This document shows positions 35,501-47,000 of a DNA stretch of 64,000 nt, piece by piece. The stretch covers positions 62,001 to 126,000 of the forward strand of contig QPMI01000402.1 in NCBI GenBank assembly GCA_004431415.1, read 5' to 3'. The notes beneath the pieces are model-generated. The model was not told the origin of the DNA, searched no databases, and was given only the letters and a program-made list of their open reading frames with translations. The first letter of the stretch is position 1. The number at the start of each line of letters is the position of its first letter. A program made the translations under genes and the position numbers. The DNA is from Cyanophora paradoxa CCMP329 (lineage: Eukaryota; Plantae; Glaucophyta).

Positions 35501-36219
35501 CGACGTCGAGGTCTACCTGCTGAGCGGGGAGGGCGCACTCTCGGACAGCGAGGCGATTATGCTCGACGCCAGGATGCAGAACAACGAAGTCCAATTCCGT
35601 GCGCGAATTCCCGCACGCGCGCAGCCAGTTCAAGTTTGCTGTGCAACGACGACGGGCTCCAGCCTGAAAACTGAAATTTCGAACGCGGCACGCATGCAGG
35701 GGTGCCATCGCTCAGCGAAGGCAAACGAAGGCGGGCACTGTCGCAGTTCGAGGCGGGCCGCGCGTACGACGTGCAGATCAAATCCAGCACCGACGCCTTC
35801 CCCTCGCTCCGCATCGCCAACGTGCGCAAGTGCCGCCTTAAGCTTGTCATCGCCCCTGGCCGGTTCTGGTCTGAGCAGGCGGCGTGCGCCTTGACGGCGG
35901 CAGGCCCTCTCGTGGAGCGCGGAGGTCGGCGCTGGCGCCGGCTCCAGCTCCAGCGGTGACTCGACCGCGGCCGCCGGCCCTGGCGATCGCGACTGGGCGC
36001 CGGCCGACGCAGACACGAACCCCTTCGCTCGCAGAATCAAGCTGCTTCAGAACTTCGTGCGCTCCGCATTGCACGCTTTAAGTTTCCGATTTTCCGGGCT
36101 CATGGCGACGCTCGTATGTGTAGGTGCTTCGCCCGCTCATGATAAGCCTGGGATTCGGCGGCCTTGTCGCGGTCCTCATCGTCATCATCGTCGGAGTCTG
36201 CCGCGTCGAGCTGGAGTAG
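20509..36219 (+). CDS. Giant multi-exon type-I membrane/surface protein (5' truncated): tandem ~100-aa Ser/Thr-rich, two-Cys beta-sandwich-like domains, one per exon, plus three copies of a larger module and a C-terminal TM helix
   Basis: Recurrent exon motif W-x-L...G-x-x-(G/D)TP-x-Y-x-x-L-x-V-x-C...(V)xG(L/F)P-(E/D)-S...Y-x-I-x-C-x-A-x-L-x-Y; many N-x-S/T sequons; short GTGCGC..CAG introns; last exon VLRPLMISLGFGGLVAVLIVIIVGVCRVELE* (stop 36217-36219). Begins mid-exon relative to the paralogous exon at about 25571. The exon model is approximate. Confidence 0.8.
22633..22758. repeat. Intronic minisatellite, 4 x 32 bp with alternating variants
   Basis: TTTAAGCATTCTTCCAACGCTAAGG(G/A)GCGCTC, with G, A, G, A alternation. 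Confidence 0.95.
27650..32720 (+). repeat. About 3 near-identical ~1.64-kb four-exon tandem units inside the surface-protein gene
   Basis: The PDKVVVNNSLSM exon starts at about 27680, 29317, 30956 and 32601, and again at 33879; introns are also nearly identical. Confidence 0.95.
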
Positions 36220-36892
36220 CCCCCGACACTCCATCCCCCCTCCCGCCATATGTATGGAGCCCCATCCCCATGCCATGCATATGGCCACCCACCCACCCAC
36301 CCGCCCAGCCGCGCGCACTGCTCTCCCCGCAGGCCGCGCGCACTGCTCTCATCGCCCCCCGGCCCCTCCCCCCCCCCCCCCTCCCCCTCCCCGTCCTTCC
36401 TCGGCATAGATCTAGAGCTAGTTCTTTCGATATATATATATGACACGTCGCTTACACGATCAAGATCAATCTTGATCACGAGATCTAGATGATCCTGTAC
36501 ATTTATCAGATTACGTAATTATATGCAGATGCATCTTATAATATTAATGTACCTTTGCTATAGCTATATATATTTCAATCGCTGTTTTCTAATGGACTCT
36601 GGCATTAATATTGTTCGTATATACTGTAGCTTTGCTATTGCAATCGGCCGGCCCGCCGGGCCGGGCCTGCACGTCTAGATCTGAGGCGGACTCCCACCGG
36701 CGCTCGAGCCCCAGGCTTTAGCTTAGGGCTGCGAAAGGGCCGGCGCAGGCCCCCGCCGCCGGAGAGGGTGAGGGTGAAGGCGAGGGCGCCGGCGACGGGC
36801 CGGGCAAGGCGCGGGGGCGATGCCGCGCCGCCCGTTCGACGAGCCGGCGCCGCTCGCGGGCGATTAATATTATAATTACCGCTCGCGATCGC

Positions 36893-37344
36893 TGTCGCGT
36901 GCGGGATTAGTAGTAAGGCACGCGGGGAGGCTCCCGGTCGAGCGTGGCTCGACGGGGCTCAGTGGATCACGAGGGATCGCTGTCGCTTCTGTAGTATTGC
37001 AAGTAACACTGTATCCCTAATGAATGAGGTGTACCCGGACAGGCCCGGCGTACCCGTAGTAGCTATAATAAGAGGTGGCCGAGGCGTACTGACGCCGACG
37101 TCGGCCCTAGCAGCGCGTAGGCTGCACTAGCAACTAGCAGCACGATTATTGCAAGTAACACTGTATCCCTAATGAATGAGGTGTACCCGGACAGGCCCGG
37201 CGTACCCGTAGTAGCTATAATAAGAGGTGGCCGAGGCGTACTGACGCCGACGTCGGCCCTAGCAGCGCGTAGGCTGCACTAGCAACTAGCAGCACGAAGG
37301 CTGCACTATCTAGCTCCGCATGCACGATAATCATGCATGCGACA
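36893..37344 (-). repeat. 3' LTR, containing an internal ~152-bp tandem duplication
   Basis: TATTGCAAGTAACACTG...CTAGCAGCACGA occurs twice. Confidence 0.95.
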
Positions 37345-40126
37345 ACTCCTCCACTCGGAAGGCCACGTCCTCGTGGGCTAAGTACCACGGAAATCACTAC
37401 AAGCAAGCATATTTACAAGATTTCGCGGCAGGACACTGCCGGGAATAAAAGACCGGAAGCCGTATTTACAGATCCGCGAATTTCGCGCACGCCGGCGGCT
37501 CGACTGCCGGGAATTGAAAATAGACAAGTGGCCGGCTACTGCCGGGAATTGAAGAAGACCGCTGGCCGGTTGCTATTTACATCGCTAAATCATCGAATCT
37601 CTAGATCTAAATCAAAGCCAAGATCTGATTATATAAATCATTTACCAAATTCTAAATGTAAAACTGAGTCAAGGGGGCGGCAGCATGCCGCAAATAATCG
37701 TCCGTCTCCGGCCCAGGGGGCCAAGGTCAAGCTTCGAGCCGGCGGCTCAAGGAGATGAGGAATTGGTTTGTACATTGGATGTCTTTCCACAGCGGGCTCT
37801 CGCCCAGATGCCATGCAAGCACCGCGAGAGCACGCCGCAGATGCGAACGCGAAAGAGCAGCGCGGGGCGACGCGGCGCGCAGGCAGCGCACGGCCCCCTC
37901 CGGTGTGCCCCCCAACCGCGACGCGGTCGAGTGACCCAAGTGCGAGCCGCGCAGAGCTCCACCCAGGCGAGCACCCCTTAGGCTCTCGCAGTGGTGAAGT
38001 ACAGGTAATCGGATCGGCGGGGATTCGACCGTGCCGACGAGGATAGAGCCGGCTCTGGGACCGGGTACCGCTCACAAGAGTGCATTCCGGTTTTGCCGCA
38101 CGCGGCGCCGAGCACCCCTGCCCGACCCCGTGACTTCGTTCGATACCAAGGGAGAAGAGCCAGCGTCAGGCGTCCCCAACGTGGATTCTCATGCATGAGA
38201 GTCGTTGAGCTCTCGTCGTCGCGCACGGACCTTGAGCCGGCCGACCGCCCATTCACTGGGACTTCGATTCAGGATAGGGCCCAGGGGTCGTCTAGCCCCG
38301 CCGCGCCGTTCTCGTCAGGAACGCGCCGAGATCGGGGTCGTCGAGCCCCGTCGCTCACTATGGGCGGAGGGCAAGTCTGCCCGTCGCGTCGCTCGACGCC
38401 GAGTCGAAGCGCGCCGCCTGGATGCCAACTGAACGGGCGTCCCCAGGACTTCATTCGCTCACGATGGGCGGGGCGATAATGCCCGTCACACGCTCGGCTC
38501 AGGGCCGCAGCGCGCCGCCTGGATGCCAACTCGGCGGGCGTTACCAGGACTTGAATTCAATTGCAATGAATTCATAATTGTCAGGCTCGCAATAGAGCCG
38601 TCGCTGCGCCAGGCTCGGGGCCAGTGCCAGCGGCCTGACCGTCTCGCAGAGCGCGCCGCGGGCCAGGACTTTGCTTCGGGCTCAAGCTTTCGAGGGCACC
38701 ATGGCCTCAGGCTCGCCCTTCTTTGGAGCTCGGAGGCTCACAAATTTCGCAGGGGCTCGACAGGCCGCCTGTCAGGCTCACGACGCGCGGCCAAGTGCTG
38801 GGCCAGGCGTCTCGCGATCGCCTCGGGCGTCGCGATCGAGCTTTCTTTGAGAGCGCATCCCGAGCTCGGGGCCCGCGGATCACGTCTCGCATCGCGAGGG
38901 CATCGGGGCCGCTCGCCTGGAGCGCTTCAGCTCCAGCGCGCGATGGGGCCAAGGGCCGCATCTTTCAGCGCGCTCGTCGTCATGATCAGCTCCCTAGCGC
39001 AGGCTGAGAGCCTCGCTGGGGCTCGACGGAGCAGCGTGCAGCGGGCAGGAGCCTTGGGCCGCGGCCTCTTGCTTTCAGCACGTGCGAAGGCAGCTTCCCG
39101 CCGCAGACTCTCGGGCCTTACGGAACCCGGAGCTCCTTGCAGTTTCAATTGCATGAGACGGGGCCATGAGGCTCCTCGCCCATCGTCAGCTCTCTTGTGC
39201 GGGCCGCGAATCGCGAGCCTCGCTGGAGCTTTTATTGCAGCATGAGGCGGGCCGCGGGCCCAGCCCCCTCCGCTCACGTTCGAGCTCGGCAGCTCAGCTC
39301 GCCGAAGCTGGCAATCGGCAGCGCTAGCCTGGCATGGGGGCCCGGCGGCCGTCGGCCTCGCATTCACGCTTGGCTGCAGCTCGCCCGACTGGGTGTGCAA
39401 GAACGCACGCCCGCTACGTATACGGCTCGGAGGCCGATCACGGCGTTCATCAGAGGGTCCGCTAGAGGGACTCCTCCTCTCGGAAGACTGACACCCGCGG
39501 CAGCAGCCGAGCCGCCCGGTGGGGTGTGTACCGGCGTGCCTCATGATCAGGGCGTCGGGCCGCCTCTTCAGCGAGCTCTAGGGCTCGCTTCGCGAGAGAG
39601 GATGGACTCCTCCCCTCGGAAGACTTGTGCCCTCCCAGAGGGGTACGCGATGCTCGGTTTCGCGCGGGGGCGAACCGGATGCAAATATTTACAAATATTT
39701 ACAAATTTACAAGGGGCTAATCACGTGCTCACGCACAGCCGGCCGCGCGAGATGCGCACCAGGGCCCACTCACAATATTAATTGCGAGAGGAAGGAAGGA
39801 CTCCTCCTCTCGGAAAGCGCTGTACCCGTCGCTAGGGTACGGCCGGCCCAGGTCAGGCCTCGGGAGGCGCGAGCTCAATTGCAAGCTTAAGGCTCGTCAG
39901 CTCACTCCTCTTCTCGGAAAACGTCGTCCCCGACGTCAAGAGTTTATGTACAAATGTACAAATGTACAGCCCGCTCATGGCAGGTATACTGGCCGCTACA
40001 CTACAGCGACACGCCGGCGCTTTAGAAGAAGGCCGGGGGCTGGCGAAAAATTGCGCGGTGCTTCGCGAAAATTTTGCGGGGCCTTGCTCTGGCGGCTGCC
40101 CAGGCCGGCCAGGCCCAGAGAGCGTT

Positions 40127-41674
40127 TTACTCGTCCGTGGGGGCAGGCGCCGGCAGGGCCAGAGGGGCCTTGCCCTTGGCACGAGTCGGCGGGTCGGGGC
40201 AGGCACTGTGGTGGTGCCCAGCTTCGCCGCAGCGACCGCAGACCTCGTTCGCCGCTTCATCCTCATACTCGTCGTTGTATGAGTCGTCGTACGATTCGTC
40301 GTACGCATCAGCTGGGGCACCCGCCCGGTCATTCCGCACCCAAGGGTGGCGGGGGGCGTGGGGGGGGCGCTTCGGGCAAAGGAAAGCCCAGTGAAGGCGC
40401 TTCGAGGCTGGGACACTGGGGTCACCAGCACAGTTCCAGCACTCAGCCGGGGGGTACTGAGGGTACCCGAGCTCAGCCATGCGCTGCATCACAGCAGCCA
40501 GGGCATCTGGCGAGCTAGACTGCACGGCCCAAGAGGACCCATGTGCAGAAACGAGGGACCGGGCCTCGCGCTCAGCTGCAAGAGGGGGGTCACGCCCAGC
40601 CTCAGCAGGAGCCGCGGCTGCAGCTGCAGGCTTCACAGCCTTAATTGGCGTGGCATCCACGTCGCCGGCATACGGCGGAGCCTTGAAGCCGGCCGGCCCC
40701 TTGGAGCGCTTTGCCGAGGGCTCAGTCTCCTGGGACGGCTCCTGCAGCAGGCGCACGGTCCGGCGACCGTGGCGGTCGCACTGCTCCTCGAAAATCCTTT
40801 CGGCGCGCAGGGGCGTGAGATCGGCCCCGAAGCGCGCGAACTCGCCGCGGAGCTCCTGCAGAATGTACGTCATTGTGGTCTCATTCTGCCGAGCGCCGAT
40901 CGCGGCGCGGACTTCGTAGTTATCGTACTGCGGGTCGAGCCCGGTCTGACGGCGCGAGAGCGCGTTCCCGATGACAGTGATCAGGTGCTCAGCGTAGGAT
41001 TTGTCCACCGGGCGCGTGTGGCGCACGTGCGGAGCGATCCAATTCATCCACGTCAGCGGGTCTTCGCCCGTGTACGCAGCGTTGATCGCGGCCTCAGCGA
41101 CGTGGGGCAGGCCCTTCGTCACGCGCGCAATGATGTACTTCGCAACGCCCGGAGCGCGCTGGAAGTTATTGCGGCCCTCAGCGATCTCAGCCTCGAGACG
41201 CGTGATTGCATTCTCGAGCTGCAGGATCTCGGCCTCGGTCTCAGGGAGCCGGGCCTCGATAGGCAAGGCAGTCAGCACGGCCAGCCGCGCGCGCTTGCTG
41301 GCAAGGTATTCTTTAGTCTCTTCCAGCTGGTCACGCATGCGCTGCATCTGGGAGCGCAGCGAGCCCTTGCAGAGCTGCGAGACCATGAAGCCGCCAAGAG
41401 CTTCAACCTTGGTCCAGTTGTCTCCCTCGGGCTCATACGCATACTTATGCGCCTGAGTGGAGACGAAAGTGCTAATCTGCTGGCGCCACTCATCGACTTC
41501 TTCGATGGTAGGGTTCGCAGACAGCGGAGTGATGGAGGGCAAGCCCTTCGCATCAACTGCGGGCGCCGCAGCAGTCATCTGCTGAACGGACACACCACTC
41601 ACAGGCGCGGTCGAGTTGAGTGCGATCATGCGATCACGCTCACTCGCCGGCAGCTCAACTGGAAGCCGCGACAT
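40127..41674 (-). CDS. gag: Gag-like protein (515 aa) with a coiled coil and two zinc knuckles
   Basis: CGRCGEAGHHHSAC (CX2CX4HX4C) and an extended CWNC...HWAFLC knuckle; located just downstream of the PBS inside the LTR element. Confidence 0.8.
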   Translation of the reverse strand: MSRLPVELPASERDRMIALNSTAPVSGVSVQQMTAAAPAVDAKGLPSITPLSANPTIEEVDEWRQQISTFVSTQAHKYAYEPEGDNWTKVEALGGFMVSQLCKGSLRSQMQRMRDQLEETKEYLASKRARLAVLTALPIEARLPETEAEILQLENAITRLEAEIAEGRNNFQRAPGVAKYIIARVTKGLPHVAEAAINAAYTGEDPLTWMNWIAPHVRHTRPVDKSYAEHLITVIGNALSRRQTGLDPQYDNYEVRAAIGARQNETTMTYILQELRGEFARFGADLTPLRAERIFEEQCDRHGRRTVRLLQEPSQETEPSAKRSKGPAGFKAPPYAGDVDATPIKAVKPAAAAAAPAEAGRDPPLAAEREARSLVSAHGSSWAVQSSSPDALAAVMQRMAELGYPQYPPAECWNCAGDPSVPASKRLHWAFLCPKRPPHAPRHPWVRNDRAGAPADAYDESYDDSYNDEYEDEAANEVCGRCGEAGHHHSACPDPPTRAKGKAPLALPAPAPTDE

Positions 41675-42284
41675 GGCAGGCTCTCACAGCTGCAGTGGCA
41701 AGTACAAGGCAGATCAAATTTGAGCTCGAAGCTCTTTGAGGCCGAGTCGCCGCGTAAAACGCGGGATTTCGACGGCACAGACGACGATATGTTGCTAGCG
41801 CAACACACCGGAGCACAATCCAGGCTCGCAGGCCAGGGATCGGCGATGGCACAAAGTTGCCCTCGAGGGGAACTTCGGCGGCTCGACGCGCACGAGGGCG
41901 GTCGGCTCTAGCGCGGCGCGCGGCCGGCTCTTCAGCACGCAGGGCAAGAGTTCCGGTAAGGAACTCAAGCCAGCCAGTCTCCGGGGTCACCGGAGCGCAG
42001 GCTCTCACTTTTCGGCACCCGGGGTAACCGGTTGCGTACTGTGAGCTGACGGCTGGGAATGTCACTACGATGCTACGGTGCGCGTGCGCGGCGCGCGCGA
42101 AGGCGGGATCGCGAGCGACCCGACCTGACCCTTAAAGATTCAGCTCGTGGCAGTGGCGCCTGTCGCGTGCGGGATTAGTAGTAAGGCACGCGGGGAGGCT
42201 CCCGGTCGGGGGGCAACAAAATGGTTGCGATTCCCGGCAGTGGCGCACAAAGACGCCCAGAGACGACCAAGTCTCATATCGAAC

Positions 42285-42357
42285 CACCCTCTTGGCTCAG
42301 GTGGTAGAGCGTCTGCTCTACGAGCCAGGAACCCGGGTTCGAATCCCGAGGACGGGA
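42285..42357 (+). other. tRNA-like sequence embedded in the LTR element leader, antisense to gag
   Basis: A box TGGCTCAGGTGG, D-stem GCTC/GAGC, T-arm CGGG-TTCGAAT-CCCG; anticodon and acceptor stems are imperfect. Confidence 0.6.
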
Positions 42358-42416
42358 TTTCGAGACGGGGAGAGGTGGGGGGCAACAAAATGGTTGCGAT
42401 TCCCGGCAGTGGCGCC

Positions 42417-42868
42417 TGTCGCGTGCGGGATTAGTAGTAAGGCACGCGGGGAGGCTCCCGGTCGAGCGTGGCTCGACGGGGCTCAGTGGATCACGAGGGA
42501 TCGCTGTCGCTTCTGTAGTATTGCAAGTAACACTGTATCCCTAATGAATGAGGTGTACCCGGACAGGCCCGGCGTACCCGTAGTAGCTATAATAAGAGGT
42601 GGCCGAGGCGTACTGACGCCGACGTCGGCCCTAGCAGCGCGTAGGCTGCACTAGCAACTAGCAGCACGATTATTGCAAGTAACACTGTATCCCTAATGAA
42701 TGAGGTGTACCCGGACAGGCCCGGCGTACCCGTAGTAGCTATAATAAGAGGTGGCCGAGGCGTACTGACGCCGACGTCGGCCCTAGCAGCGCGTAGGCTG
42801 CACTAGCAACTAGCAGCACGAAGGCTGCACTATCTAGCTCCGCATGCACGATAATCATGCATGCGACA
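42417..42868 (-). repeat. 5' LTR
   Basis: Matches 36893-37344. Confidence 0.95.
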
Positions 42869-44005
42869 ATCGCTCCCGGCCGGAAGATCGCGAGGCGATC
42901 GCCGACGCGCTTTAATTTCTTCCTCGATTTAATAATATAGATGCATATGAGACTAGATCTCGTACCGGAATTACGTATACGACGACTCGATCGAGGCGGC
43001 CTCGCCGCCTCGCCTCGAGCTCAGGAGTCAGGTCTCGAGATCGGAGGCTGGCGCTGATGATGATTTATGAGATGCCTTGCATATATATGATGCTGTTCGA
43101 GATCATGAATCCGGGATTCATGATCTGACCATGCATATGCATTCAATGATTCGCGGTGAATATTAATGGTAGTATTTATGGGCCAAATTAAAAGTCCGAT
43201 GCTCACACGTGCACGTTTATTAAATTAATCCAATTAATTTTGGTCACACGATGTTCGCGGGCGGTCCGATGCATATGGTCACACGTGACTCAGTGATGGT
43301 CATTCGAATTCGAGTATGGCACGTCCGATGGTCACACGTGCACGTTTTATCCAATTTAATTTGAGCCCAGCGCGAGCTCAGCGTGCGTCATGAATCATGA
43401 TCAGTCAAGTTTGAGCTCAGCGTGCCGCGTGCGTCAGTCGAGTCATGACCGTCGGACTCATGCCATTATCATGAGACTCATGATCATGACTCATGACTCA
43501 TGAGTCATAAGTCATGACTCATCATGATCACAGCCCATGGCCACGGCCCACGGCCCACGGGGGGCGGCCGTGGCGGCGCCGGCGGGGGCCTCGAGCTCAT
43601 TTTAATTTCTGCCTAAATATTACAACTTATTACTTAGAATAAATTCCTAATTATCACAGTAAGTTCGGTAACTTCTTTTTTTTACCGCGGAAAAGAGGCA
43701 TTCAACGGTTGCTAGTCAGTGTAGTAGTCACACTGAGTTCACTGATCATGAGTCACGGCATTCATGATTGATAATTAAAAAGATCCGGATCCAGTGGCGT
43801 CACTGGCGTGAGAAAGATCCAACAACCTTTCTTTTTTTGAGCACCCTAGGAGGGTGAGAAAGATCCAGGTTCTCTTCTTTTTTTTACGGCCTTCGCGAAG
43901 TCGACGCGAACCTTAACTAGTACTTACTACTTAGTACTTAGTGAGTTGCCGCCGCTTGCCGGCAACTTGCGGGCGAGTTGCCGCCGACTTGCCGGCGCCG
44001 GCGAG

Positions 44006-47000
44006 TCTCGGTCCTGCGACCACACGGCCCGTGTCTGATTCTGCCGAAATCTTTGGTTTCCAGCCTGCCTTGATTTCACTCCCTTTCAACTGCACTGCGT
44101 CTCTGTTTTACTCGTCTGGAGGGGCACGCCCGGCGGTCGGCTCAGCCTCTGCCATGTCCATTGCGGGTGCGCTCCAATATCTCTTGCAAAGCTGGTCGCT
44201 CTACGTTAACGCTTCTTGTAGCGCTGTACTGTACACCGAGCCACGTCGCCGTCGCCTGTCCTGGGCTGACGCGCCAGTCGATTCGCACTACATCCATTCC
44301 TTCGTCGACATCCTGGCGCGCGAACGTGCAGGAGTGCATCCCACCCTCGTTCCGGGCCGTCAGCGTTTCCTGCACTGGGCCGGCGCCAGAAACGGGCTCG
44401 GCGACGTACCAGCAGAACAGCACGGCGGGCGCTGTCGCGTCGAACGAGCCGTCGGCGTTCGTGGCGGTGGCAGTGCCGCCGCTGACGGGGGGCGTGGCGT
44501 ACCAGTGCCGGTCGATTCTGCACTATGTTGGCGTTGGGCACGATAGCACTGTCGAGGCCTCTGTCGGGCAGGCCGACCCCACAATCTGTAACGTTCCAGC
44601 TGGTAAACCGTGATCTTGCGCTCTGCAGTGTTCGACTAGTTCTCATTTACATTGATCTCCTTCACGCAGCCCCCTATCGCTGGGTGCTCGGCGACCTGCT
44701 CAGCTTTTCGGTGGCGCCAGCGAGCAACTCGACGGTTTCCATTTCGGACATCACGTGGTCTTTGCGGTCGATTGGCGCAATCGACTCGCCTGTTTACGGA
44801 AATCTTAGCATCGCATGCACGGCGGAAGGCACCTCGATTTCACAAACGCTGCTGGTGACTTCAATAGCGCCTGGCAGCTCGCACGTGAGCGCTTTCAACT
44901 TGACGGACATGCCGGACACGTCCTCGTTCCCCGTTACTTGCATGGCGCGTCTCCCTTATTTCCTGGAGAACGAACGCGAGTTCGAGGCACGCGGACGAGC
45001 TTATTTTTCATGTGCGCGCCTGTTCTGTTTATTTTTCGCAGTCTAGATCTATAGCTTCACAGTGCAGCTTTCTCACGTCTCTGATCTTCTTCGCCGCCAG
45101 TGCCGGACAAGGTTGTGGTGAACAACTCCCTCTCCATGGCGGCTGCGCCCTCGTCGATCTCGTCCATCCTCGTCTCCGGCCTGGCGTGGACCCTCACGCC
45201 CGGCCTCTTCAGCACGCCCTCCTACCCGAACCTCACCGTCGCCTGCACGTGGAACGGCGAGACGCGGACGGCCGTGCTACAGGGCATCCCCGACGTGGCC
45301 ACGTCAGCGCAAGCGATCAACGTCACGGGCTTCACGCCGAGCACGTCGTCGCACCCCGTGAGCTGCAGCGCGACTCTGTACTACTCGACGGGCGGGCCCG
45401 CCACGGGTGCCGCGTCAACCATGTCGACGGCCGGTGCGCGTGCCGCGGGCTGACGCGCTCGTGGAATACGCGCTGACGGCTGCGTGCAGCAATGTACTGC
45501 GTGGCGAGCAACGTCACGATGGCGTGCCCTGGCCTGACGGGCCTGGCCATCAACACGACCCTCATCCCATCGTCGACCTCGTGGCACACGACCTCGTACG
45601 AGTGCATCCCGCCGGCTTTCAAGACCGTCAGCGTGTCCTGCACGGGGCCCAGGGCGGGCTCGGCGACGTACCAGCAGAACAGCACGGCGGGCGCTGTCGC
45701 GTCGAACGAGCCGTCGGCGTTCGTGGGTGTGGCCGTGCCGCCACTGGCAGGGAGCGTGGCGTACCAGTGTCGGTCTACGCTGCACTACGTTGGCACGGAG
45801 TACAACGCAACTAAAGCGATTGTGGAGCAGCAATCGCCGACTACCTGCGTGGTTCCCGCAGGTTAGCGCTCACTTGCTTGCACTAGCGTTCAATTTCACA
45901 GAAATGCTGACGTGCGATGCCGCGCCCTTCCGCACAGCTCGCGCCGGTTGGTGGCCGAGGACGCTCTAGCCTTCTCAATCATTCCGATCTCGACAACGGC
46001 CGTGTCCACATCTTCCATCACGTGGGCGCTCACAAAGCAGGGCGCCATCGACACGCCCGTCTATGGCAAGCTCGAGGTGACCTGCGCAGGGCTCTCCTCC
46101 AACGCGTCAGCCGCTATCCTTTCCATTCCGGCGGCGTCCGCATCTGCTGCGCCCGTCAACGTGACCGGTCTCCCCGAGAGCTGGAAGGCCTACCGCATCT
46201 ACTGCACTGCCGTCCTCGCCTACGGCGAGAACCGGACGGCCTCTGGCATCGCCTCGGCGCTGTCACTGCCCAACGCCACCTTGAAGGACGCATCCAACGG
46301 CCAGGCGCTTCCGACGTACACCGCCACGCCCACGCCCAGCCCCAACGCGAATGCGTCGGCCCCTTCGACAGCCTCCTCCACCATCAGGATCGGCAACCAA
46401 ACCTACGAGGTGTCGGCTGACGGAGCAGCGAGAACGCAATCGTGATCAGCATGCAGGAGCCCGTCGTTCAGATTCCGCAGAACGTGCGGCGCTCCTTGCT
46501 TTGCTCTAATTTGCACATCCGAGCTTTGCCCGCAAATCAGACTGACCCCCGGCCTGGCAGGCGAGCGACGAACTCGTGAGCATCTCTTTGGAAGGACTTG
46601 TGGTGCGATATCGATGCGCTCCGCACGTCTGTCGCTATTGCTGCGCCCAGCTCCACTGACTACAACGTATGGCACGTGACGCAGACCGCGCGGAGCGGAG
46701 AGAACGAGGAGTCCGATGCCGGCGACGTCGAGGTCTACCTGCTGAGCGGGGAGGCGCACTCTCGGACAGCGAGGCGATTATGCTCGACGCCAGGATGCAG
46801 AACAACGAAGTCCAATTCCGTGCGCGAATTCCCGCACGCGCGCAGCCAGTTCAAGTTTGCTGTGCAACGACGACGGGCTCCAGCCTGAAAACTGAAATTT
46901 CGAACGCGGCACGCATGCAGGGGTGCCATCGCTCAGCGAAGGCAAACGAAGGCGGGCACTGTCGCAGTTCGAGGCGGGCCGCGCGTACGACGTGCAGATC

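Larger units (their letters stand above)
36893..42868 (-). mobile_element. Young non-autonomous (Gag-only) LTR retrotransposon, 5976 bp, 5-bp TSD ATCGC
   Basis: 452-bp LTRs at 36893-37344 and 42417-42868 (TGTCGC...GCGACA), identical by eye. TSD at 36888-36892 and 42869-42873; empty site at 48111-48115. PBS next to the right LTR, PPT next to the left LTR. Confidence 0.95.

Noticed and set aside
37345-40126. pol gene of the LTR element
   Set aside because: No protease, RT, RNase H or integrase motifs in any listed frame.
40346-41911. 521-aa plus-strand ORF
   Set aside because: Antisense shadow of the GC-rich gag ORF; no recognisable motifs.
42285-42357. Functional tRNA gene
   Set aside because: Acceptor and anticodon stems are imperfect; reported only as tRNA-like.
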